64,000 nucleotides of DNA from positions 1,302,001-1,366,000 of the forward strand of contig JAYWIR010000010.1 in NCBI GenBank assembly GCA_036172245.1, written 5' to 3'. The notes beneath the pieces were generated by a model. The model was given only the letters and a program-made list of their open reading frames with translations. It did no database searches and was not told the origin of the DNA. How positions within the stretch are numbered: position 1 is the first letter of the stretch; each line of letters opens with the position of its first letter. Position numbers and translations under genes: made by a program. The DNA is from Raillietiella orientalis (lineage: Eukaryota). This document shows positions 1 to 12,100 of this stretch, in pieces.

Positions 1-622
1 CATTTCCGGTGTAGCATTAAAATGAACTGTGCGGGAAAGAGTTTTTCGAAAATAATCCAATGGGCACTCCTTAAGAGAGATGCTAATCAGAAAAGGCATC
101 ACCATTAAGGGGCATATCAAGTGTGTACGAAATTTCGAAACGTGCGCTGGGAATCCTCTTACCAGGTACATTACCCTTCAAAATACGAAAATTGCTTGCG
201 AAGCAGCAAGTCTGCTTCAATGCTTATGTATTCACTCCTATTTAGCGCAGTGTTAAACTCCATGAACGTTTCCAATGCAAACATGCGGTAATGCACCATT
301 GCTCACAATCATTTCTCCAAATAAGTAACTAGTGGCAGTAACAAACGATGAAAAGGCATTATGAACTCCTTAGGTTTCCAAATTACGAATAAATTCCATA
401 GAAATCAAATTTAAAAAAGGACTGCAGTGTTTACAACTACCATAACATGCAAACGAAAGCGCTCAGTGAATCCAACTCAACCTCCATGGCCAAAGGCTTC
501 TACGCTTGACTTCTTCAAACAACCGTTTATCCACAACAGTTGTGCATCCAAGTTCCAATCCATATGCACGATATACAATTCAAATGGTGTCACATAGATG
601 CCTTCAAACAATCCCTGAAACG

Positions 623-1838
623 AGCTTTTGGATCAGGGAATCCTTTTCGTTCGAATAGGTGGCCCCTTCGCGAGCGCCCCATCCACTTGGCAGGCATGAC
701 GCCTGCCTGCCTGCCTCCTTTCGCCAGATCGGAGCGCGGACGCATTTCCAAGAGACGGCCGTTCGGTGCGTCCACCGCCTGCCCACCCCCCCGGGGGGGG
801 GGGGGGGACACGAACGTCCTTCGAGGGGTCCTCGATCGCAGGACGCTGTTTCGAGGAGACGCATCCACTGCGTCCGGCGCGCGACGGACGCTCGTCAGGT
901 GGGGGAAGCGTGGAAAGCCACAAGCAATCATCGGCGGCGGAAGGGACTGTTTGTCTTTGCCGCAGCTGCCCTCACGCTTGCAAGAATCCTCCACCGCTCT
1001 CAGTATGCATTCTTCGTGGACGGCACGCGGAACGGGTCGGCAAACGGTGCTGCCGCAGCGCGCCCACTCGTTCGTCTCACGATGTACCTGCAGCTGTGTG
1101 TAGTGGCTTTCGTCTCGTTCCTCATTGCCTACTTCGTCAAGAGGTGCAAAGCGAAGGCGGGCAGCGCCCCGCTTCCTCGGAAGTACTACATCTGCATCAC
1201 CGGATGCGATTCCGGGATAGGAAAAGTCTTAGCTCAGCACCTGGCCGACGGCAGAACGCACGTGTTTGCAGCCTGCTTGCACGACGCGCACGAAGGCTGC
1301 TGGCAAGGAGGACACAACATCACCAGGATCCGCATGGACGTCACCGATCCCGTTTCCGTCGACGACGCTTTTCAACTGATCGCAAAACGACTGGATGAAA
1401 CGAAAGGTTCCTTTCACGTTCCCTTCGCTCCCCCCATTCCTCCTCTTTTTCCTTCCCGTTCCTCTTGCACCACTGGGAGTGCCCCGCCGGATCCACCAAA
1501 CCAAGCGTCCGTATCGTTCGCTTCGCTGGCAACTCGGTTGGCGGGCGCGAAATCCGAGGAAGAAAGGTGCGCACGGGCGAATCGGGAGCGGTTCCTGCGC
1601 GCGGGCGAGCACCCGCAACAACACAGTTTGCTCGTCTGGCTTTTGGCGAACCGGGCGCCTCGCTCGCGACGCACGGTCACGACTCGCGCAGCAGGGACGA
1701 GACCGTTCTCTGCTCAGCCGAGATGGCTGCTTGCGTGCCCCGCCAACAGCAGGGAGGCCAGGCAGACGCGCCGCTTGCCGCACGATGACGACGACGACCA
1801 CGAGTGGCGAAGGGCTAAGCCTAAGGGCAAAGGTAGGC

Positions 1839-1875
<37 letters not shown>

Positions 1876-4800
1876 TCGAGCCGGCCCCAGCGGCGCGCGC
1901 GCCAAACTGCCAGCTTCTCGGACGCAACCGAGCGAGCGGGACGGCTCGAGGGCGAGAGCGCCGTCCGTCGGGGCGGCTGGCGCTGCTGGTCTTGAGCAGC
2001 CCGACGAACGGACGGCGCGAAGGGACCGCCCAACACGGGCTACAGGCGCGACGCGCGAAGGCGAAGCGCGCAAAGGAAGCAAGGCACGCGGCAGGGAAGA
2101 GGGAAAGGGAAAGGGGGTACGTGCGAGCCAGAGAGACGGGACGGCCCGGAAGGCGCCGCCCAGGACCGCGCGCGGCTTTCTCGGCTTCGCGGTCGCTCGT
2201 TCGCGGCCGGCTGGCTGCACGGGCACCAGGGACGCGCGTGCGCACGCCGCGCTTTCCGGTCGTGCGCGTTCTGCAAGGACCCCGAGCGCGTGCGATGCGC
2301 AAGCAGCTGCTCGCCTTTCGCTTCCGGTCGGGGTTTCTGCGAGAGGGCCGGTCCGTTCCCCGGGAGACGCTGGTGGGCGGAAGCGCGAGATGGGAGAGGG
2401 CGCGGGAAGGAAATGCAGTGAGTGCGAACGGTCGGACCTCCTTCCGGCTCGGAGCAGACACGGGCGGGCGTCCTCCCCTTCGGTCGGCCGCCGTCGTCGC
2501 TCGCGGGTCGACGACGCCGGTGTTCGCTCGACAGCCAGGGCGTGGCTCTCGGATGGCCGGCGCTGCCGTATTCACGGGTGCGTTCCTCGACCCAGCCGCG
2601 GGCCGATACTCCGCCGCCGAGGTCTAGCGCTTGCGGGCCGACTCCTGGCGACGACGAGGAGCGGCCCATGCGCGCGCGCTGCCAGCCACCTTCGAAGGAG
2701 CGGCAGCCGCCTGCCACCTCGAGTTGGGAAGCTCGGTCGAAGCGGCGCCCGAATGCACGGCGCACCGGGGGCTTCGGGCTTTGCCATCCGGACGGCGTCC
2801 CTCGGTGCTTTCCTAGCTCGAGCGCGTCCGCCCTCCGCACCGGCGTGCCTCCGCTCTTGGCAGCGTTGGCACTGCCGCTGCCGGGAACGCGACATTTCGC
2901 GCCGCGCTTCCTTCCTCGTCGTGGCCCCATCGCACTCGGGGAAGCGGCAGCGCCCGCGCCCCTCAGAGCAGCCGCGGGCGCCCGAGGCGAAGGCCGCAGC
3001 GCGGCTGCCCGCGACTCGCCAGCCAGACGAAGCGAACTCTCCCGTCCACGCGCATCTTTCCATCCCCTTCTTCCTTCCCCCGGCTAAGTAGCCCGCGGTC
3101 GGCAGCGTCGTCTCCTGAGCAAGATGCATCTCCGTTGCTCGGCGCGCCGTCTCCTTCCGTGTGGCTGGAAAAGCGGAAGCGTTGCGTTGTCCGCCCCGAA
3201 ACGGCGCGACGACGCCGGTAGCGAATGTTCGCCGGAAAGGTGGAAAGCGTCGCCGGAAGGCGAAAGAAACCGAAGCGAAGAGCGCGCGCCTTCCGGCCCC
3301 CGCACCGTACGTTGCGTTTCGGTCGGAAAGGGTTGCAGCGCTTCCGTTCCCCCGCGGAAGGCTGCTGCAACTCCTCCTCTTCCTACCCCTCCCCTCCCTC
3401 CTGCTCTCTCCTTTTTTCTTCTTCGTGCTATTCTGCTTCCCTGCTGTGTTCGTCGCCGTCCCAGCGCCGCCGCCGGGACCGCACCGGACGGCTGCGTCGG
3501 GGGCGTTCTCCACTGGACGGCGGACGACGCCGAGCGCGCGCGACCTCCTCGCCAGGAGCCAGGCGGCGTCCGTGTCGTGACGCCGGAAGGACAGACGTCC
3601 AGAGGTACCGGCCGAACAGGTGACGACAGACCGGACCTGCTGCTCAAGCCGGATAGAGGGGGGAGAGGGCGGATTGTCGGAGCGAGCTTTGGCTCGCGAG
3701 GGAAGGGGGTGCGCCTCCGCGAGCGCGCTGTTCCTCGTCGACCTCGCGCGCGCGACTCCTGCCGACTGATCGGGCGAACGCAGGCCAGCGCGGGCGTCCG
3801 CGAGCAATCGGGCAGAGGTGGCGCGAGCGGACCCGCAAACGTCCGACGGCGGCGTTGGCGCGCCCGCGCACGCTCCGGGCACTGTGGGCCGCCTGCCAGC
3901 TGACTGCGCGTCTCTTTCAGGAGAGTTGTGGGCCCTGGTGAACAACGCAGGCGTGTTGGTGTACGGAGAGTACGAATGGCAGACGTGGAAGCAGGTCGAG
4001 AGTCAAGTCGGAGTCAACCTGCTCGGCATGATGCGGGTGACCAGAGCCGCACTACCTCTGCTGAGGCGCAGCGGAGGTAAACACGGGCTTCTTTTGGGTT
4101 GGTAGCGGGCGCGCGGCGGGCCCAGCGGCAGCGTCTTCAGCCGGAAGGCGGGGAAGCGCCGCACTCGCCCTTGAACTCGCGTAGGCTGCCCGAAGCGCCA
4201 ACGTGCGCGCGCGTCGGGGCGCTTCGTTGGTTCGCGCAGCGAGCGAGAGAGGGCGACGGGCGGCACGCGGTGGAGGGCGCCTCCCTGCGGCGGAAGCAGC
4301 GAAGCTCTGTCGGGAGAGCCGGTGACCAAACAGGAGACAGGCAGGCAGGCACGGTCGCTGACGGCGACCCGGCGCGTTGCACGGTCGGGTGTTCCTCGCC
4401 GGCTGCAGAGGGATCCGCAGTCTGCCGGTGCAGTGGATGTGGACGCCGAAGTCGCCTGGGCGGGCGGGTGGGTGGTGGCATCCACCTTTGTCCCCGCCCC
4501 TTGGCTGTGGCTGGGTGCTGCTGCAGGCTCCGGCGCACCACGTCGTGGAATGGACGACGGATGGCGCCTTGGAGAAGGAGGCGCTCGCGTGCGGCCCGCC
4601 ACGGGGGGATGAGCGTGGCAGCTGCCGCAACCGAGAACGCGTGCCCTCCGTCCCAGGATCGCACGTTTGCGGCACGCGCGCGTCACGTGGACGCGTTGCG
4701 GCGCGACCCAGGAACGGAGGCTGCCGGACGAGCGCTGCTTCCCGTCGCGGCGACGGCATGCTTCCCTCCGCAGGGGCGGGTGACGAGCGACGTGCTGGAG

Positions 4801-6001
4801 CAAAGGTGGTGCCGGAACGGGTGGCGCTCCTCCTGCCTTCCGCTGCCCTTGAAGAGCGATGTTCCGCGGGAGCGGCAAACCTGTGCTCAGCGATCGCTCA
4901 GGCGATCAGCGAGCAAGGCGATGGGAAGGCGTTCGATTTCAACGAACGTGCGTGCGTCCTCTCGAACTTCCCAAGGTTGCGCGGGCAACGCAGGAAGGCG
5001 TAGCGTCATCCCGGCGGCGCGGCGGGCGGCTGGCGTCTCGCACGGTCCGTCCGCGTCGTCCGCCGCTGCCCGCGTGCCGAGTTCCGTCGTTGTCCCTCCC
5101 CGTCGTGCGGCCGAACGGCGGCGCAGCTCGGCCGACGTTTCGTTCTCAGCCCGTTCCGGTGAGGCGCGCGCCGGGCGCATCCACCCGGCGGCGGCACGCC
5201 GTTCGCTCGCGTGCCGAGCCGTCTCCCGTGCTCGTCCCAGCTGACTGAAAGCGCGGCCGGGAGTCGGCGGGGGGGCGACTGGCTGTGTTGGGCGGCGCGT
5301 CATCGCGTCAACCTCGGCGATGCTGCCTGCACCTCCGACTGCCTCTGGGAGGGTGGAGCAGGAGGCGTGCGGCGCGTGACTCCGGGAGGCTGCGGGGCTC
5401 GCGCGGCACGCCTTAGCCGCCATCGGATGCTTTTCTGGAAACGCGAAGGGTGGCTCTCCTCCCTTGGTGCTGTTGCCTCCTGCCTGCCTGCCTGCCAGCC
5501 TGCCTGGTGGTGCGCGCTCCTCGGGCAACCTGGAAGCGGGGAAGCGTGCTGGATGTCCAGCGACAGCGAACCCGACCGCCTCGCCAATGATCTCGACCTC
5601 ACCGTTTCGCATGCTTTTATTGCCAGTTTTGGGCGAGCGCATCCGGGACACGCGACGGCCGCGGGCCGGTGCAGCTCGCGAAGATGTGCGATTCGGGCTA
5701 TTTTGGAACAGGGAGTTCGTGCACCGCCGAGAGGGGCTTCGGGTCCTGCAGCGTCAGCCGGGCAGCGCGGAGCTCGCGAGGAGAGGTGGCCGCGGCAGCG
5801 GTCGGAGCCTCTCGGGCTGGAACCAGCTAGCTGCCTTCTCTCGTCGCCTTTGGCCTTTCCTTGGAGTAGGCGGTGTCTGCGGCCGCCGGCGCCGGCCGAG
5901 CTTCCGCGTGACCTTTTCCCTTTTTGACAGGAAGACTCATTAACGTGTCCAGCGTGAATGGCCAGCACCCTTTTCCGGGCATTTCCGTTTACACTGCCAC
6001 G
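623..6001. repeat. Left arm of ~5.38 kb inverted repeat (partner 9395-14771)
   Basis: Mirror ORFs pair with coordinate sum 15396 (e.g. 3091/12305, 5924/9472). Reverse-complement match read directly from agcttttggatc (623) to gccacg (6001). Differences seen: substitutions at 640, 3638, 5959 and 5993, plus the C/G homopolymer tract near 786-807. Confidence 0.98.
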
Positions 6002-6476
6002 AAGTTCGCTGTTGAGGGCTTCTCTCATTCTTTAAGGAATGAGCTATCTAAGTTTGGCATCAAGGTTATTATAATTCGACCTGGTCAGTCTTTACCTTTG
6101 GGGAATGCAAATTCATTGTTAGGATGCCATAGGCGATTTCGTGAAGGTGACGAATATTATGGAGAGGCACGAGGAAAACATCAATGAGATGTGGAATTCA
6201 ATGTCTGAAGAAGCGAAGTGCTTCTATGCGCCGTACTTCCATGGCTACCAGGATGCAGTGACGAAGAATGCAGGGATGACGTCGTTCTTGAATTTTCACG
6301 ACAGTCCTTTGTTTCGAGATTTCGAGCACGCGTTATTCTCTAGCAGACCAAGGATCTCTTATACCAGTGCTCCTCTGTTGTTTCGATTCATCTATTTTTT
6401 TCTGAAACTGCTTCCTTATGCTGTTGTTGATGCAGTCTGGAGTTCCCTGCAGAAAAAAACCCTTATTAGGCAATAA
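1082..6476 (+). CDS. Short-chain dehydrogenase/reductase, SDR9C type (BDH1/RDH/17b-HSD/shroud-like), 325 aa; exons 1082-1406, 3921-4076, 5931-6083, 6133-6476
   Basis: N-terminal hydrophobic anchor, TGCDSGIG Rossmann motif, LWALVNNAG, GRLINVSS, catalytic YTATK, PGDF. All three introns are GT-AG and phase-consistent (978 nt total). Confidence 0.93.
1844..1873 (+). repeat. (CTG)10 microsatellite in SDR intron 1; mirrored as (CAG)10 at 13523-13552
   Basis: Direct read; same length in both arms. Confidence 0.95.
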
Positions 6477-7199
6477 ATGGTTTCTGTTTTTTTTTTTTTG
6501 TTCGTCTTACCTTTTTGATCTGTGGTCTGAGTGAGTTTGGGTCGATTCGCAGATGTGAATGAAAAATCGCAATTTTTTTTTTTTTTTAATGAGGGCCAGT
6601 TTGGAATTGGTACAGTCGCCTGATCTGCAAACTTGTGGTTGCCTCACCCTTCTGGAGCGACGGACGCGTTTCCTCCGCCACTGCAGGAAGATCGACCTTC
6701 TTAGGAGGGCCGTCGGAGCTTCTTTCGCGACCGTCGAATGCGGAGCATACTGTGGTGAGCGCGGGCGGAGCGCCTCGAAAATTTTCGGAAGAGGCCCGCA
6801 AACTGGCGCAGCTACTCCGGAGGGTTTCCCGAGGAGCAAGAGATTGCAGTCCGCGAGGAACTTGCATCCATTAGAGGGAAAACGCTGGACGAGGGATCGC
6901 ATCGAACCCGAAAGAAGAGGGCATCGCGGACGAGGTAACACAAATTGGAGCCTGCAGGAATGAAAATCATTCCTGCAGGCTGCCACAGTGGGAAAAACAC
7001 GGAACGGAGACGATCGAGATTCGGATGCGAGTGTCAAAGAGGGAGTGGAGCACTGTTGCGCCACCGGCGGTGCAAGGGATCCAAGAGCTTTTACACCCGG
7101 GTGCGCCGGGGCGCTTATTTTTTAGTAAAAACAAACAAGCAAGTGTAGGGCTATTGCCCCTACAGCGTCCTAAAAAATGTTCTAATGAGGAATCTGAAC

Positions 7200-7700
7200 T
7201 TGCCGAGTAGCCAGCATGCAGGCTGGCGAGTTCGGTGTACCTGGGCACACGCGCGGCAGGCGACCAAGAGTCTCCCTGTATGCCCTCCAAGAGCTGTGGT
7301 TCCAAGGATCCAAGAGCTGGGTTCGCCAATAGGCACCCTCTTTCGAGCGCGGCAGTAACAACGAAGAAGATAAACTTGAAGGAAGAATCGGCGCGAATAT
7401 CCGTCTCCAGGAATGGCACTCGTTTTCCTCAGCTGCTTCGTCACAAGGAAGAGAGAGAGTGGTGCACGAGCAAGGCGGCTACAAGAAACGCAGATGGATG
7501 CAGCGGCAGTAAAAGATGCTGTTTCGGGACAGCGGGTACTGGAACTTTGCATCGAAAGTCTATAATTACCAGGTCAGGGGTGGAATTTGCTTTTATCTGA
7601 AAAGAAAAAAAGACCTTTAATATTCTGCTCGGTGGAGAAGAGAGAGAGACTGGTCAAGAAGGGGATCTCTCAATCTGGGTTCTTAAACGGAAGGTGTGTT
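7200..7700 (+). mobile_element. Possible highly decayed LINE C-terminal fragment in the spacer
   Basis: Weak echoes of YLG, LF..R.GTL and Cys-knuckle motifs across frames; no intact ORF. Confidence 0.2.
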
Positions 7701-9184
7701 CTGTCGGCTCCTTAGCCGAGGACGGCTGGGGAGCGCACACGCCCAGCAAGGAGCGAGCGATTCGGAAAGAATTCAGCATCCCTCCCCCCCCTCGGGAATA
7801 AGGAACTTTCAATTCCGTGGTCTCCAAGGAGTTCCTCCTAGGCTTTGCAAATATGGGGTATCGGGTTTCTGTTTTTTAAATGACCCAAATGACCTCGTCC
7901 TTGCAAAACTGTGCATTGCTCAGCAAGTCATAATTGAAAGAAACATCCCACTAGAGCGATCCTGATTGTGTATTTTATTTTTTTTTTTATAAAGCGAACG
8001 AGTCTTTTTCAGTTCCAAGCAGTTTCCCAACGTCGCCACTTTCCTTTTTTTGATTGGTTATTGCTGAGCAAAATGCAAACAGATAAAAGAATAAGGGAAA
8101 TGCATTCAAATGACTTTGAGCTCCTAAAAAGAAAAGTAATGGAAAAAACTTCAAAAATAGGCACTCTGTTTTCCTTTCCATGATGATTACTGATTCTCAT
8201 GTGTTAATTCATGAGCCTCGCTAGAGTTCCAAGTTCACCGAAAGCCCGGGGGTGCACGGCAAGCATCGGAAGATGAAGGGATCTTCCTCACCTTCCCCGT
8301 ACAGCTGGACTGCCGGACCACCTGGGCAAACAGCCCAGATCCAGAAAGAAAGCACTTGCGAAAACACCCAAAGGGACTTTAAAAAAAAGGAAGAAAGAAA
8401 AATCCCCGTTGCGTGCGAAATTTTTTTTAAATAGAATCCATATTTAATCGCAAAGGGCACCCAAAGAACCCGAAGGTTTCGTGCTGGAATTCTTAGAGGA
8501 TCTCTAAAAAAACAATGAGATAAAGTCGCTTTCATCTACGTAACAGGATGCACAACCGCGATGCTCGCCAGATAAGTAATTCGGGGAAGAAGGAGCAGCA
8601 GCTTTCGGACGGCAGTCTTCCCACGGACGAACGAGTTCATCACCCAGCGAAGCCGCGCCCGCTGCGTGGCGACGCGCGCGGCACGGAGCTGCACGGAGGG
8701 AGCGCACGGTCGCCAGGCAACGACTGCGCTCTTCGCATGCGCGGCGTGCCCTTCCTTGCGGGTGACCTTTCCCTGTCTCCTCCTCATTCGCCTCCGCGCT
8801 GCGCACGTGCTTTTCGGCGGCGAGCCTATGGCAGCCTCAGGAGGGACGCCGGGGCGCCACTCCTCCCCCTTCGCTCGCAAACGCTCTGACCCAGGCGAAG
8901 GCTTCGCCGGATTCTGCGCAGCAACGAGGAGGGAGGGAAAAGCGAACGCCGCAATAGCGCTCAGTCGTGTTGCGACGTGGGTCGAGCCAGCCGTTCTCCA
9001 GTGCTCAGCTGCCAGTGGCGATGCAACGCTTCACGAGGAATGCAGGCGCGTTTGCATGGAGACCTCCGAATGCGCCGAACATGCCTGAGACGGACGTACA
9101 GACAAAAAACAAAGGCGATCAAGCAGCCTCCGAGAACGTCTCCAGACCGCACAGCGGAGACCTGCCCACCAGACAGCATAAGCT

Positions 9185-12100
9185 TCAGATATGCCTAGGC
9201 TTCTTCACCCTCTTGGATCGATAGCGTGCTTCAGCTTCCGGGAACCACTGCAGACAGGTCGAGTCGATCGCACTCCCGGAAGAAGACGTACCTGCTCGAA
9301 GCAAGCGGGCGCAATGGAAGTGCTGTGCTGCAGAAACAAAACTCCGTTGGGGCCTGTGCTTCAAGAAGAAACCCCTCGAACAGCAACAGGACCCCGTGGC
9401 AGCGTAAACGGAAATGCCCGGAAAAGGGTGCTGGCCGTTCACGCTGGACACGTTAATGAGTCTTCCTGTCAAAAAGGGAAAAGGTCACGCGGAAGCTCGG
9501 CCGGCGCCGGCGGCCGCAGACACCGCCTACTCCAAGGAAAGGCCAAAGGCGACGAGAGAAGGCAGCTAGCTGGTTCCAGCCCGAGAGGCTCCGACCGCTG
9601 CCGCGGCCACCTCTCCTCGCGAGCTCCGCGCTGCCCGGCTGACGCTGCAGGACCCGAAGCCCCTCTCGGCGGTGCACGAACTCCCTGTTCCAAAATAGCC
9701 CGAATCGCACATCTTCGCGAGCTGCACCGGCCCGCGGCCGTCGCGTGTCCCGGATGCGCTCGCCCAAAACTGGCAATAAAAGCATGCGAAACGGTGAGGT
9801 CGAGATCATTGGCGAGGCGGTCGGGTTCGCTGTCGCTGGACATCCAGCACGCTTCCCCGCTTCCAGGTTGCCCGAGGAGCGCGCACCACCAGGCAGGCTG
9901 GCAGGCAGGCAGGCAGGAGGCAACAGCACCAAGGGAGGAGAGCCACCCTTCGCGTTTCCAGAAAAGCATCCGATGGCGGCTAAGGCGTGCCGCGCGAGCC
10001 CCGCAGCCTCCCGGAGTCACGCGCCGCACGCCTCCTGCTCCACCCTCCCAGAGGCAGTCGGAGGTGCAGGCAGCATCGCCGAGGTTGACGCGATGACGCG
10101 CCGCCCAACACAGCCAGTCGCCCCCCCGCCGACTCCCGGCCGCGCTTTCAGTCAGCTGGGACGAGCACGGGAGACGGCTCGGCACGCGAGCGAACGGCGT
10201 GCCGCCGCCGGGTGGATGCGCCCGGCGCGCGCCTCACCGGAACGGGCTGAGAACGAAACGTCGGCCGAGCTGCGCCGCCGTTCGGCCGCACGACGGGGAG
10301 GGACAACGACGGAACTCGGCACGCGGGCAGCGGCGGACGACGCGGACGGACCGTGCGAGACGCCAGCCGCCCGCCGCGCCGCCGGGATGACGCTACGCCT
10401 TCCTGCGTTGCCCGCGCAACCTTGGGAAGTTCGAGAGGACGCACGCACGTTCGTTGAAATCGAACGCCTTCCCATCGCCTTGCTCGCTGATCGCCTGAGC
10501 GATCGCTGAGCACAGGTTTGCCGCTCCCGCGGAACATCGCTCTTCAAGGGCAGCGGAAGGCAGGAGGAGCGCCACCCGTTCCGGCACCACCTTTGCTCCA
10601 GCACGTCGCTCGTCACCCGCCCCTGCGGAGGGAAGCATGCCGTCGCCGCGACGGGAAGCAGCGCTCGTCCGGCAGCCTCCGTTCCTGGGTCGCGCCGCAA
10701 CGCGTCCACGTGACGCGCGCGTGCCGCAAACGTGCGATCCTGGGACGGAGGGCACGCGTTCTCGGTTGCGGCAGCTGCCACGCTCATCCCCCCGTGGCGG
10801 GCCGCACGCGAGCGCCTCCTTCTCCAAGGCGCCATCCGTCGTCCATTCCACGACGTGGTGCGCCGGAGCCTGCAGCAGCACCCAGCCACAGCCAAGGGGC
10901 GGGGACAAAGGTGGATGCCACCACCCACCCGCCCGCCCAGGCGACTTCGGCGTCCACATCCACTGCACCGGCAGACTGCGGATCCCTCTGCAGCCGGCGA
11001 GGAACACCCGACCGTGCAACGCGCCGGGTCGCCGTCAGCGACCGTGCCTGCCTGCCTGTCTCCTGTTTGGTCACCGGCTCTCCCGACAGAGCTTCGCTGC
11101 TTCCGCCGCAGGGAGGCGCCCTCCACCGCGTGCCGCCCGTCGCCCTCTCTCGCTCGCTGCGCGAACCAACGAAGCGCCCCGACGCGCGCGCACGTTGGCG
11201 CTTCGGGCAGCCTACGCGAGTTCAAGGGCGAGTGCGGCGCTTCCCCGCCTTCCGGCTGAAGACGCTGCCGCTGGGCCCGCCGCGCGCCCGCTACCAACCC
11301 AAAAGAAGCCCGTGTTTACCTCCGCTGCGCCTCAGCAGAGGTAGTGCGGCTCTGGTCACCCGCATCATGCCGAGCAGGTTGACTCCGACTTGACTCTCGA
11401 CCTGCTTCCACGTCTGCCATTCGTACTCTCCGTACACCAACACGCCTGCGTTGTTCACCAGGGCCCACAACTCTCCTGAAAGAGACGCGCAGTCAGCTGG
11501 CAGGCGGCCCACAGTGCCCGGAGCGTGCGCGGGCGCGCCAACGCCGCCGTCGGACGTTTGCGGGTCCGCTCGCGCCACCTCTGCCCGATTGCTCGCGGAC
11601 GCCCGCGCTGGCCTGCGTTCGCCCGATCAGTCGGCAGGAGTCGCGCGCGCGAGGTCGACGAGGAACAGCGCGCTCGCGGAGGCGCACCCCCTTCCCTCGC
11701 GAGCCAAAGCTCGCTCCGACAATCCGCCCTCTCCCCCCTCTATCCGGCTTGAGCAGCGGGTCCGGTCTGTCGTCACCTGTTCGGCCGGTACCTCTGGACG
11801 TCTGTCCTTCCGGCGTCACGACACGGACGCCGCCTGGCTCCTGGCGAGGAGGTCGCGCGCGCTCGGCGTCGTCCGCCGTCCAGTGGAGAACGCCCCCGAC
11901 GCAGCCGTCCGGTGCGGTCCCGGCGGCGGCGCTGGGACGGCGACGAACACAGCAGGGAAGCAGAATAGCACGAAGAAGAAAAAAGGAGAGAGCAGGAGGG
12001 AGGGGAGGGGTAGGAAGAGGAGGAGTTGCAGCAGCCTTCCGCGGGGGAACGGAAGCGCTGCAACCCTTTCCGACCGAAACGCAACGTACGGTGCGGGGGC

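Noticed and set aside
659..5927. Long ORFs (810, 457, 448, 410, 381 aa and mirror copies) in the arms
   Set aside because: Arg/Ala/Pro/Gly-rich ORFs overlapping in all frames reflect stop-codon scarcity at high GC; only the segments matching SDR exons are credible.
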